A stretch of 59,368 bases of DNA, taken from contig NIVC01002914.1 of the NCBI GenBank assembly GCA_002269645.1, positions 1 to 59,368 of the forward strand, given 5' to 3'. The first letter of the stretch is position 1. Every line of letters starts with the position of its first letter. The notes below the pieces were generated by a model. That model was not told where the DNA came from and ran no database searches. It worked only from the letters and a program-made list of their open reading frames with translations. Position numbers and translations under genes: made by a program. Source of the stretch: Macrostomum lignano (lineage: Eukaryota). Positions 1-11,352 of this stretch are shown here, piece by piece.

Positions 1-188
1 GGCAAATCTCAGGTAGATTGATGGCGATTCTCAGATCTCAGGTAGATTGAGGGCGATTCTCAGGGTAGATTGAGCGATTCTCGGGGTAGATTGAGGGCGA
101 TTCTCGGGGTAGATTGAGGGCCAATCTCAGGGTAGATTGATGGCGATTCTCAGGGTAGATTAAGGGCGATTCTCGGGGTAGATTGATT
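1..188. repeat. Degenerate ~23-bp minisatellite (GGGTAGATTGAGGGCGATTCTCA)
   Basis: About 8 imperfect tandem units are visible, running off the window start. Confidence 0.85.
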
Positions 189-451
189 GACACAAAACAC
201 AAATTTGAAGCGTTAACAAACACCGATAAAGACCTTAATTGAATAGTTTATTATTTTGATATACACAAAAATGCAGTGCGCAAGTTGCAGAAAACAGGCA
301 GAAGTTACATGATAGTTCAAAATTAGGTTGCGAAGATGCAAAATATTTTTTCCGGTTTCTAGGTAATGGTTTCTCGGAACAAAATACATTTATGAAGGAA
401 TAAAAGTGAGAAGAGTGGCCAGGAGGTTAGTGGCTGATACCTATCAATAAT

Positions 452-800
452 TAGAGACTAATAGCGGCATTTGTGAGACTTATCGTGAGATAAGAATTGA
501 GATAAGGACGAAATAAGGGGTGAGATGTAGATGAGATAGTGTGAGATATGGTTGAAGTAAAAGGGTGAGATAGGAGCGAGCTACATGTATGCGTGAGATA
601 GGGATGGGTAAGGGTGAGATGAAGGTAAGAAAATGAGATAGGGGTTAGATGGGTGAGATAAAGGTGAGATAGGGATGAGATATCGGTGGATGGGGGTGAG
701 ATGGGGTAAGATAGGGATGAGATCGATGAGATATGGGTGAGATAAGGGTGAGAAACATGGATGAGAAGACAGGGTGAGTGAGATACGGATGAGATCGGGA
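452..800. repeat. Degenerate GAGAT/GGGT-rich low-complexity repeat
   Basis: Recurrent GTGAGAT(A/G)GG motifs downstream of ERCC1. Confidence 0.7.
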
Positions 801-839
801 ACAATGAGGAGACTAATCCCAGACACAGACCATCAGCCT

Positions 840-1587
840 TCAGTCAGCGAAGTTCTGCCCGAACACAGCGGTGAGCCTGGCGGCCTTCTTCGGGCCCAGG
901 CCGGGGCACCGCTCCAGCTCGGCGCTGCTGGCTCCAACCATGGCCTCGAAGGTGCCGAAATTGGCAGCCAAACAGGCCGCGTCTGTCCGGCTGACGCCTC
1001 GGACGCATCCCAAGACGTCTCTGAGCTGTCCCGGCCAGTCCTCGGCCGAGCGTTCCATCAAACTATCGGCCGGTTTCTTCTCTAAAGATTTGAAACTCTC
1101 CAAATAACGAGCAGCCTCTTCGTTGCTCCAAGCCAGTATCAGAGTTGAGCCGGCTAGCAAACAGATCCGATTTAATTCTCTAACAGAATCGGAATATTCC
1201 TGCGTGTCTACTAACAGTAATAGAATGCGCAAGTCGTAATCTTTAGGGCCAAGCTGTTTGAGCCGGCGGTGCACATAGTCTGGGTGCAGGCAGTGGTAGC
1301 GAACGGACAGAAACAGAGCGCAGGCTGTCCGGCCAAGGACGAAATCGGCCGGATCTGCTAAATCCGAATACTCCCAGGGCACCGAGCGAATGAGCGGCAG
1401 CAGAGGATTGCCGCGCTGCCGATTGTTAACTAGTATTCTCTGCTGCTGCAACTGCTGCTGCTGCTGCTGGTCCTTCTGCTCCTGCTGGAGCTGCTGGGCG
1501 GCCACTTTGATCACGCCTGGCAGGGGTGAGCCTTTGGCAGCGTGCTAGCACTACTGGTCTTGCTCGGCTCAGGGTCTTTGTTGCCTG
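840..1587 (-). CDS. ERCC1: DNA excision repair protein ERCC1, main exon (central domain + HhH2 domain)
   Basis: Translation RQRGNPLL...VPWEY...DFVLG...CALFLSVRYHCLHPDY...LILAWSNEEAARYLE...KPADSLMER matches the ERCC1 central domain. GVSRTD...FGTFEAM...ELERCPGLGPKK matches the tandem HhH. The 5' boundary is ambiguous: either the AAGCAG acceptor at 1590-1585, which needs +1 nt at GGGG 1523-1526, or the CAG acceptor ending at 1517. Confidence 0.95.
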
Positions 1588-1646
1588 CTTTAAATTAACA
1601 AGTTTGTGGGCTATGTAATCTATGTGAATGATATTGTATCTACACT

Positions 1647-1714
<68 letters not shown>

Positions 1715-1739
1715 CAGACAGACTGACAGACAGACAGAC
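1647..1739. repeat. (GACA)n microsatellite in the ERCC1 intron
   Basis: Directly visible. Confidence 0.95.
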
Positions 1740-1831
1740 TTTATTTTAACAAATTGTAAGGGATTTTCATTCTAAGCATGGAAAATTCCACATAACAGAT
1801 TGTCATGAGTTATTTATCTTAAACAGCATAC

Positions 1832-2147
1832 CACTAGTGCAGTCAGTTGATGAAGGCCCACACTCAGTGCCAATAGAACCAGCTGATGCTGACTTTGCCC
1901 CTTCAGCTCGAGTGGCAGCAAATATTGCTCCAGGGGTGAATTCGGCATCACCATTAGGGTTTGAGCGCCATTTAGCAACTCCATTGCCACCATTGCTGTC
2001 AGATATCTCATCTCTACCATCATTATCATCACCAATTATTGCAATATCAATTTGTACTCTAGGCTTTTTAGAAAGGTTTTCATCTGTTTTAAAGCCATTA
2101 TCAGGAGCAACATTGTCAGACAATGTGCACTTTGGTGGCAATGACAT
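1832..2147 (-). CDS. ERCC1: Probable first coding exon of ERCC1 (disordered N-terminus)
   Basis: ATG at 2147 and a GTATGC donor at 1831 in phase 1, matching the phase of both candidate acceptors. SKKPRVQIDIAIIGDDND resembles the basic-hydrophobic-acidic N-terminal segment of ERCC1 proteins. Confidence 0.6.
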
Positions 2148-3513
2148 AATCTAGTTTTTTTTTTATCAGATGACTCTTGAGGTTAAATTCTGGAATATTT
2201 AGAGCAAGTAATACGAGTACATTAATATTTGTGCACGTGAGTACATACACATATAGCAATTATAAATATAGAAGATTTATCTAAGCAAGTATCTTTAGCA
2301 CTAATACCCAAAAATAATAATCAACCAGCCAAATTATTATATTCTAATTAAAATTCAAAATATTATAAATTTCCATTACACTGGAAATATATAAATAATA
2401 TATTGGTTAGGCCTATAAAAAGCCAAAAAATGCTTGATAAATATTATTTAATATAAAGTTCTAGAAAATTCTGTAGAATTTCATTCTTAGCTTAATGATT
2501 ATGCAACAAAATATACAACACTAGAATTGACAAACTCCAGCCTAAAAACCACATGCCATATATAAAGCCTCTTTATCTGTTAAGAATAGGTTTAAGACTA
2601 GATTAAGACCTAGGTTAACTTAGGTTAGGCCTAGGAAATTAGGAAATTTAATGTAAACAAAGCATGGTTAAGTGTAGGCCCTAATATACATAGCAGTTAT
2701 AAATAGCTATATTTTTATAAAGTCACAAGTGTTTAATTATGGCATTGTGTAAGGCAAATACAAGCTACCTTAAAAGTATTTTTACTCTATTATGAAACAT
2801 GTCTTTTATGAAACATGGATTTAACCCTATCTAATCTAGGCCTAGGTCTAAGAGTAAGTTATTTTATATATATGTAATATATAAATAAGGAAAGTCTAGG
2901 ATTCTAAGATTCTAAGTATAGATAAATAGTGTATTATTATTTAATGTGAACATTTTGAAGCCAAAGGGGTTTTGATATAAAGGAAAACTTGTTGTAAATA
3001 TTGCAATAGTTTGAAATTTATTCTTTATAAATTATATAGGCCCTATCTACTAAATTTTACTTTAAGTTTGCTATTATTTCAAACTCTCAGTTCACTAGGC
3101 CTACTAGGCCCTAACCTATATATATTCGATAATATAAACTAGTTAGGTTTAAGATAGTCATGGTAGGCTTAGTGCTAAGTGGCTAGTCTTTCCTTTGATA
3201 TGCACAGGTCAACAGAAACAATTTAGTAATATAAGCTAGGATAGGGCATAGAATGACAATGTTCCAGTTTTCCACTCAATTTTTTCACTGATAAAAATGT
3301 GTCACAATAGGCCTACTTGGTAAAGTCAAAATATAGGGATCAACCTAAGAGTTTTCACACAAGATAATAATGGGAAATCCAGTAGAGTATATTCCCAAAT
3401 TGGTTGCCTAGGAACAGATGGCACCACATGAACTTTGCATATTCCATGCATTGCTTGGAACTTTGCTTAGCAATTCTCCAACACTCACTTAGATTGTCTC
3501 TAAAAATTTCAGA

Positions 3514-5158
3514 TGTCTTCTCGTAAAAAAACAAGGAATAAGCTGCTTTGGTATAGAATCAAGTAAAGCACTGGGCGAGTGGCTATTATTATGGTATAGA
3601 AGCAACAACTCATACTCACAGCCTCTTTATATTGGCTCCTCTGTGTTCAAGCATTTGAATGACCATGAAAAATCTTTGCTCCAAAAAGGCAACTCACTCA
3701 AAGTTAAAGAAGTTAAAAGCCAAGTAGAATGTGTAGTCATGCATTGTGGCTTGATTGACTTGTGTGGGAAGGCCAGTATTTCTATTAAAGATCTTGTTGA
3801 GCATGGCAATGATAACCGATGCCATACTAAATAAGCTTGATAAACAAGAGAGCCGCGCCCAACTTTTGGACGTAGCTGATTGGGACCCTGATATTGATGC
3901 TGAAGAATATGAAGAAGAAATTGCAAGTGGTGAAAGCAGCCAATCTGCCTTTAATGAGGAAGCTGAGGTGGCTAAAGCGAATCCTGGATTCAAACTAACG
4001 TCTCAATCATCATCTTCTAGCTCTACTATGTTGCGCAATGAGATGCAAAAGCTGCAATTGTACAAGAGGGCTTTTGCATCTGCTTCACATTCACAGCCAG
4101 CAAGGAAAAAGCCTCAAACTGACCATTCTTATCATCTGGGCAGCAAGAATGCTGATCATAGAAGACAAATTATTCAGTTGGCACCATCAGCATAGGGCAA
4201 TAGCCATTTTCCTAGTTCACCTAGTGTAAGTCGTTATGTTTGTGCTGGTCAGGAAAATCTGCCAAGGCAAGCATCACCATCAATGCTGAGTAAGTCTGAC
4301 CAAGCCACTCTTTAGGTCTTGCTTGAAACTAGGCTGCAGACTTCTCTACTAAAGAAGTTGGCCAAGTTGATTGAAGAAATGAATCAATTGCTTCAAAATC
4401 TGGGCACTTCACGGCCACGCTCTGAAGGCTTAAATCCAGACCAAATTGATTCTTTCTTTGGCACATTTGATGGCAAGCAGTGCAGTCTCTCCAGTCTAAA
4501 TCAATCTAGCCCAATTTTTTTTGCTTGTGACTTTGTGTGGTATCAATTTAAATTTATCAGTATCTAAAAGACAAAATAATTGACCCTAATAAGACATTGA
4601 AGCGGGTGAAGCTGCATGATGCTGCAAAAGAGGAAATAATCACAGCACTAGACAACTTCTAGGCCACTAACTACAGCTGGCGTTTGGTGAAGAGCTCCTT
4701 AAACCAGATGTTTTGCAATCTGAAATAGATTTTATAGACTGTATGCTTGTATGATCCTAGACTTTTCAAAATGTCATCTTTTAGGTTCTTTATAGTTCTT
4801 TTGGTTGAAACACAGCCCCAGTTCTTACTAAATTTAAGTAATTTTTTATGGCTGCATAACTTTTTTATTCTTATTTTTTGTTCTTTATAACTGTGTCATG
4901 ACTTGCATTGTTTGCATATTATTTCTGTTTTTAAGTTCCACTAAGCGAAAATTACAATTCCTTATTTTGTGGCTATTAATTTTGCATCATTATGGTAAAA
5001 ATAATGTTAGCTAAAATTCACATTTTCAGCTCACAATTTGTGATGTCTAAGGATGAGGTTTCTGATCTGAGCTTAGTGCTTGAGTCAATTGCCAAAGATT
5101 TATTTGAAGATGAATCTATTTCTGAGGCTTCAACACACAGTAGTACTGTTAAACAATG
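3514..5158 (+). pseudogene. Decayed, frameshifted ORF remnants, possibly a transposon-borne SGNH/GDSL esterase-like protein
   Basis: The joined frames give ...LYIGSSVFKHL...KGNS...VECVVMHCGLIDL, spaced like SGNH blocks I-III (GDS / G / GxND). Further coding-like pieces lie at 3800-4195, 4319-4567 and 5029-5158, with stops and frameshifts. Confidence 0.3.
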
Positions 5159-5701
5159 AAATTGCTCTAATTTATGTTTCTGCTTTAATTTGCCCATGTG
5201 TGACTTTATCTCTACCTTTTTGAACAAAAGTTATACAGTTGTCTCACCAGTGGACTTTTTTGCTGAGTACCACTAGGTTTCCTTCTTGCAGATGTGACAT
5301 GTTTTTCATTTCCCTAACATACATTGTCTGCTTTCATTTTTTTCTTTACTTTGATTTGCTTTATTTTTCCTATTATCAATCAACTATACTAAAAGTGAAA
5401 TTTCTGTGGGATTGATTTTAGCAATGCACCATTTGATTACAACTTCTCTTGAATTGGCACATAATTATTGCCAATCTAACTGGGGGATTATTGCAAACCA
5501 GAATTGGGGTTATTGCGACTGCGAGCCTGTAATGCAATATCAAATTATTGGCTGGTGCAATATCATTTCATTTTGAGATACTGGCATACTAATTAAGCAA
5601 GCTAGCTTTTTCTATGTAAAACATGATTGTAGGTTTTTTGCTCTCTATGCAATATGTTAGCCACTGCGAAAATTTTACCATTTGCAGATAATAATAATGT
5701 C

Positions 5702-5995
5702 CATACATGCGCAACAGTCGGCCAAGTCGGCCGATCCGGCTGACCAATTTAACGGCCAACCAAGGAAGTCGCAAAAATGCCCACCCAAAAAATTCCTAAG
5801 TAGTACTAAGTAGCTAACGAGGCATTTTGGCTTAATAAGACAGTCATAGTTACTCCTGTCGTTTACCCAAAGTTGTGTTAAATTTGCTTTACGGTTTTTT
5901 CACATGTAAGTCGCATTTTTGGCCAAAAACTATGTCGCATTTTGTTAAAAACTAAGTCGCACGGCCGACCAAATTTTGGAGGTTGCGCATGTATG
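5702..5995. mobile_element. hAT-type MITE, family CATACATGCGCAAC (copy 1)
   Basis: Perfect 14-bp TIR CATACATGCGCAAC...GTTGCGCATGTATG and a perfect 8-bp TSD ATAATGTC (5694-5701, 5996-6003). Confidence 0.9.
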
Positions 5996-6336
5996 ATAAT
6001 GTCTAGTGCGTAGTACCATCTTAATAGTAGAAAATCGATTGCAATAACACGTACTTGCATTGTACTGCATAATGTTTCCTATGTTACTTCTTTAATGTTA
6101 ACTCAATGTCTGTGTTTTGAAATTAGGATTAATATAAATTCTCACTTAACTATTTACTATATGTACTGATGTTTAGAAATTTGGGCTTTATACTTGTAGT
6201 TCTGAAGTACATTATAGTTAAATTTTGGATTAAAAAAATTACATAAATTGTAAAAATTAAAATTTCTTACAGAAAGCAAATTATGAAAATTATAATTAAA
6301 TTAGTCAAAATTGAAAAATTACATTTTATTGGACTA

Positions 6337-6508
6337 CATGCTTGGGCGCAACCTTGGGATTCACTCGGCCGTTTCTATTGGCAACACACACATGTAAGTC
6401 GCTATTGGACGGAATAGTAGTCACGTGACTGCTCTCAGCCAATAGCGACTTACATGCGTGTGTTGCCAATAGAAACGGCCGGGTGATTCCCAAAGTTGCG
6501 CATGTATG
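6337..6508. mobile_element. Fold-back hAT-type MITE with the same right TIR as 5702-5995
   Basis: 8-bp TSD TTGGACTA (6329-6336, 6509-6516). The interior is a near-perfect long palindrome around GTCACGTGAC and ends in GTTGCGCATGTATG. Confidence 0.85.
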
Positions 6509-6601
6509 TTGGACTATAATAAATTGTAAGAATTGCATAATTTTTACACAATTTTTCATCTAATTTTTTGCAATTTTGACAATTTTTGTCTACTAGTATA
6601 G

Positions 6602-7285
6602 TAGAGCTGTCAAAATTAGAGATTTTATTCGAGACGAGATTAGAGACGAGAAAGGCTTATAAGTCGAGAATTTCGAGATGAGACAAGACAAAGTAAATCT
6701 AAAAAATATATTTCAGAATTGCATCTTGTCTTGCTCTTATCTTGCCTTATCTTGTCTTAAATTTCTTGATAAGATCCAATTCTAAAATATATTTTTTAGA
6801 TTTTCCAGAATATTTTCTTAATTCTAGTTTAAATTCTTTGCTATTTATTCATAAGAATTTATGCTTGTAGCATATAGGCCCTTGGCCCTACTATGTCTAT
6901 TACTAATTTGTCAAAAGACCTGTGTAGATTGTCTTCAAGTCTGCTATGATACACCTTGCTGTAGAACTGAAATGATAACTAAAAGAGTGCATATGCAATG
7001 CAAACTCGTATATAATGATGTTCATTAAATAACTGCTCGACATTGGCTAGATTTTACCATTTGAAAATTGCCCTATCAAGCATGTTACAACAAACAGTTG
7101 TATTTATATGAAAATTTGCTCCCCTTTTTATATCTTATCACTTAAAAGCTTTTGAAAAAAGGTATTAGAAAAATTCTTGAATCTTGTCTCAAATTTCTTG
7201 ACAAAATTCGAGATTTCTTGAGATGAGAAAAAATGTCGAGATCTTGTCTTGAATCTTGTCTTGTCGAGATCTTGTGACAGCTCTA
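6602..7285. mobile_element. Non-autonomous hAT element (TAGAGCTGTCA termini)
   Basis: TIR TAGAGCTGTCA...TGACAGCTCTA, 8-bp TSD TAGTATAG (6594-6601, 7286-7293), and inverted subterminal GAGACGAG / CTTGTC repeats. Confidence 0.9.
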
Positions 7286-7789
7286 TAGTATAGTAGCATG
7301 CAGATTTGTTAAGTGCTATGATTTGCATTGTTCACTGGGCCTAATTATTTGTGTTTGGTATGCATAGCCTAAATAAAAAAATTGTTCCAAAGACGAAGTA
7401 GTAATTATGTATGTTTGAACTAATAAAAGTCCATTTACTGCAGACCGCAAAAATTCTAGGACCCATATCCAATTTGTCTGCAAGAAAAAGTTGTTTTGTC
7501 TGCCAGTAGACAAAAAAGCAACAGATGAAATAATCTGCACACCTCAAAATTATTAAGGGTCTTGGAAGTAGAGGGAGTGATTGACTGTCACTCTATCAAA
7601 TAGTTGGCCAAAGTGTTGTATATAGGCCTATGATACCCATGCTAAAATGCATTTTACATGTAAAAACAAACTAGAATGAGAAACTATGAAAGAGATTGCC
7701 TATGGCTCATATAACAATACAATATTATTAAATAGGCCCTATATATAAAATATAATATATTGAACTATTAATATGTTTGCCTTAATAAA

Positions 7790-8078
7790 CATAGCTCGTA
7801 TATGCGCAACTGCTGGCCGAACTGGCCGATCCAGCCACCGTAAATTGTGGTAGACCAGGGGTAAGTCGCAAAAATGCCCATCCCAAAGAATATAGATACA
7901 GATATAGTACTAATTAGATGACAAGGCATTTAGCCCTTATAAAACAGTTATAGTTACTTCTGATGTTTACCCAAAATTGTGTTAATTTTGCTTTAGGGTT
8001 TTTTTCACAGGTAAGTCACATTTTTGGTCAAAAAGTAAGTTGCATGGCCAGTGTAAATCAGGGGGTTGTGCATGTATG
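7790..8078. mobile_element. hAT-type MITE, family CATACATGCGCAAC (older copy 2)
   Basis: Colinear homology with 5702-5995 and TSD TTAATAAA (7782-7789, 8079-8086). Many CpG-to-TpG/CpA differences from copy 1. Confidence 0.85.
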
Positions 8079-10939
8079 TTAATAAAGATGACTAGCAAAC
8101 AAAAGGCTAGGACCCTATTGGAATAAGTTTTCAGACACTGTGGACAGTGCATCTAGTGCGCCATGGCAATCATAAAGTGGCCTGGACGGTGCGTCATGAC
8201 AATCTTCAAATCCTAAGGTGGTATGGACGATGTGTCATTCAAATCTTCAAATCCTAGGGTACCATAGCACTCTAGGTTTAGGTGATATTGTGCATGACTC
8301 CAGTCTCTATCATGTTCATTCTGATGATGCATCACTCGTTTTTGAGAGATTTAAAGAGATTGAGAGAAAGTTGTGTGTTTTACCGCACTTGTGTTTTACT
8401 GCACTCTGTTCTGTACTGTACTTCTGCCCCCTTCTGTTGTAGTTGTATCTATTTCTTAATTCTTAGTCTACTCGTCTTTTGACTTACAAAGTTACATTGT
8501 TGGTCTATTCAAAGAAAAATAAATAATGTAAATAGTGTGGCAATTGCATCAGTGAGTACTTAAAATAATTACGAACACTGAAACCCTTTACTTCAATTTG
8601 GCTAATCGGTTAATACAAAATGAAGAAACTCCGTGATGAACAACACAGAGTTCACGAACAAACAAAATTGTCTTTGCCTTATCCACACACTTTTTCAGTA
8701 GTAGTTGTAGCACTTTGGCTTGGGTCGGGTTATCAAATCTGATAACTATTTAGCATGGTGTTTCGAAGAATATTTTCACATTTAAATGTCAGCATAAATA
8801 AATGTATGCGCAACCAATCAAAAAGATAATTAAACAAAGCAGAAAATTTGTTGAGACTTTTAATAGAATTTAGTTTACTTTTTTATTTCTTGCAACTGCG
8901 TTATAAGAGAACATTAAGAGCAATTAGCATTTGGCACTATGTTATAATGTTTATGAGGCAATAAAGAACATTTCTGCTGCGATCTTTCAACTACAATTTC
9001 CAATTTTACGATTAACTTGCATGCATATTCTAGATGACACAGCAATCAATACATATGATAGGAGATATGCTATACTATAGCCCATAGCAATATTATCAAA
9101 GTTATAGAAATTAGAAAAACAAGTTTTACTTACAGTTTGCTGAATTTCCACCGTGCTGCTGACTTTCTCCTGTGCATGCTTCTCATCCTTGTTTAGCAGC
9201 GCTGTATGTAGCGCGTGATGTCCTCCTTGCATCTTACCTGTGAGCTGCTGTGCGTCATGGCGCATGGCGCGCGTAGCGCGCCATGCGCCATGACTGTGAG
9301 GAAAAAGAAAAAGTGCGCCGGACGCCGTCCGCGAAAATACCACTTATTCCAATAGGGGGCTAGGAGAGTTATTAGGCCCTAATTATTAATCATATATAAG
9401 TTCTTAGTTTATAGCCAACTAGAAATTTATATACAATTTTTTCAATTATTTTCATCCTCTCCTTTCCTATCTTTCTTTCTTCTCCTCTCTTTTCTTTTTC
9501 ATTCTTTTTCTATATTCCCTTGCCTTTCTTCTTCTATCTTTTCTACCTAGTAGTACAGCTAATAGCCTAGGCCTTATCTTCTTTATTTCCTTTGACCATC
9601 TCCTCTCCCCCTCCTCTGGCCCACAGTCATGCACATGCACAATGCAATGCAATGCAATGCACTAGCCTACCCACTACCCTTAGAGATTATTTATCTAGCC
9701 ATTGAGGCAAAAAAGTTTGCTAACTCCTGATGTAACAGAATTATAAAATAGGTTTCTGAAACTAAAGAGTCCAGCTGTGCTATTCTAATTTTTTTATTAG
9801 GCACAGGACAGTACCTACATCATACACAACACCTATAGCTATGCCTATATCATATATAAGTTCTTAGTTTAGTTTAGGTACATAGGCCTAGCATAAGATA
9901 GATTGATAGAATACTAATTTTCTAAACGAAAAGCTTTATATGATAATTAAAATATCAAAAGATGAACACTGGGTCTCATTTGAGTCATTTTTATCAAAAT
10001 AAATAAATGACTATTTTTGTACTGAAAAATGAAACATCCTGTTTCCATACTGTATTTTTCGTTAAGACCAAGTTGCCTCCTAAAATTTTCCAAGAACGTA
10101 TAGTACTAAGTAGTACTTGCCGTATTTGTATTGGTAATTAAAAGAATGTTTTCAAGGTTTTGATTTTAAATTTTGACTTTGAACAAATACATTATAAAAC
10201 ATACTTTGCCAACGTGCTCAGTTTCACCACTTAAGACACTAAAGGCTTTATTAATCGGTTTGTTTTACCACATTGCCACTTTAAGAATTGACCCTAAGTC
10301 CCCTGTGTATATTTTACCGCGGCAGCTTTTATAGTTTGGTTTGTCACACCAGTTGGCAGTTGACCAAATGCTTGCTCATCGCTCGACAGCGCCAGATATT
10401 TTTTCTGCCGAATTATTTCCCAAATAGTTCCTGCCGAATAATTACTTCGTTGAACTTCTTAAGTCCTTGGCCGCATTTAAAAAGTATTGATGGTAAAAAA
10501 TAGCTGGATCGGTACAGACAGGTGCACTAGCCTCTACACAGTGGCAGATCTAGAGTTTCATTTTGGGGGGGGGGGCGGTCCAAGTTTGGGGCGCCAACAC
10601 GAGTATAAGGGGCGCCTGCAATTTAAGCTAGGGGGCGCAAAAAAGTGTGTAGGGGCAAGTCAAGTGTATTTAATTCAGTTAATTATTTCCTCCATGGTGT
10701 TCTATTATTTCCATCAGGGTTTCTATCATATCCACCATGATTTTCCTCATTCCATCATAAGTCCCATCATGGATCTAATTATTTTCATCATTGATTGATA
10801 AAATTTAGGCGGAAAGCAAAATTGACTTTTATTAAATAATAGCTAGTGATCGAGTGGATATAAGCTTAAATAAAGGACCAGCTGCCTCGATGTCCATTTT
10901 TAAACCACATCTCGTACAGGGCATTCATATGTATAGATC

Positions 10940-11352
10940 GAGACAGGGCCGCCCACCAAGAGACAGGGGTGCCTACCAAGAGACAGGGGTGCCTACCAAG
11001 AGACAGGGGTGCCTACCAAGAGACAGGGGTGCCTACCAAGAGACAGGGGTGCCCACCAAGAGACAGGGGTGCCTACCAAGAGACAGGGGTGCCCACCAAG
11101 AGACAGGGGTGCCTACCAAGAGACAGGGGTGCCTACCAACAAGAGACAGGGGTGCCTACCAAGAGACAGGGGTGCCTACCAAGAGATAGGGGTGCCTACC
11201 AAGAGACAGGGGTTGCCTACCAAGAGACAGGGGCGTCCACCAAGAGTCGGGAGCACCCACCAAGAGACAGGGGCACCCACCAAGAGACAGGGGCACCCAC
11301 CAAGAGACAGGGGCGCCAACGAAGAGACAGGGGCACCCCACGAAGAGACAGG
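10940..11352. repeat. 20-bp minisatellite (CCAAGAGACAGGGGTGCCTA)n
   Basis: About 20 tandem units. It explains the repetitive ORFs 10854-11411. Confidence 0.95.

Noticed and set aside
774-1107. Plus-strand ORFs overlapping ERCC1 (and similar antisense ORFs over FBXL16, peflin-like, LIM and orphan exons)
   Set aside because: These are shadow ORFs expected opposite GC-rich coding sequence, with no motifs of their own.
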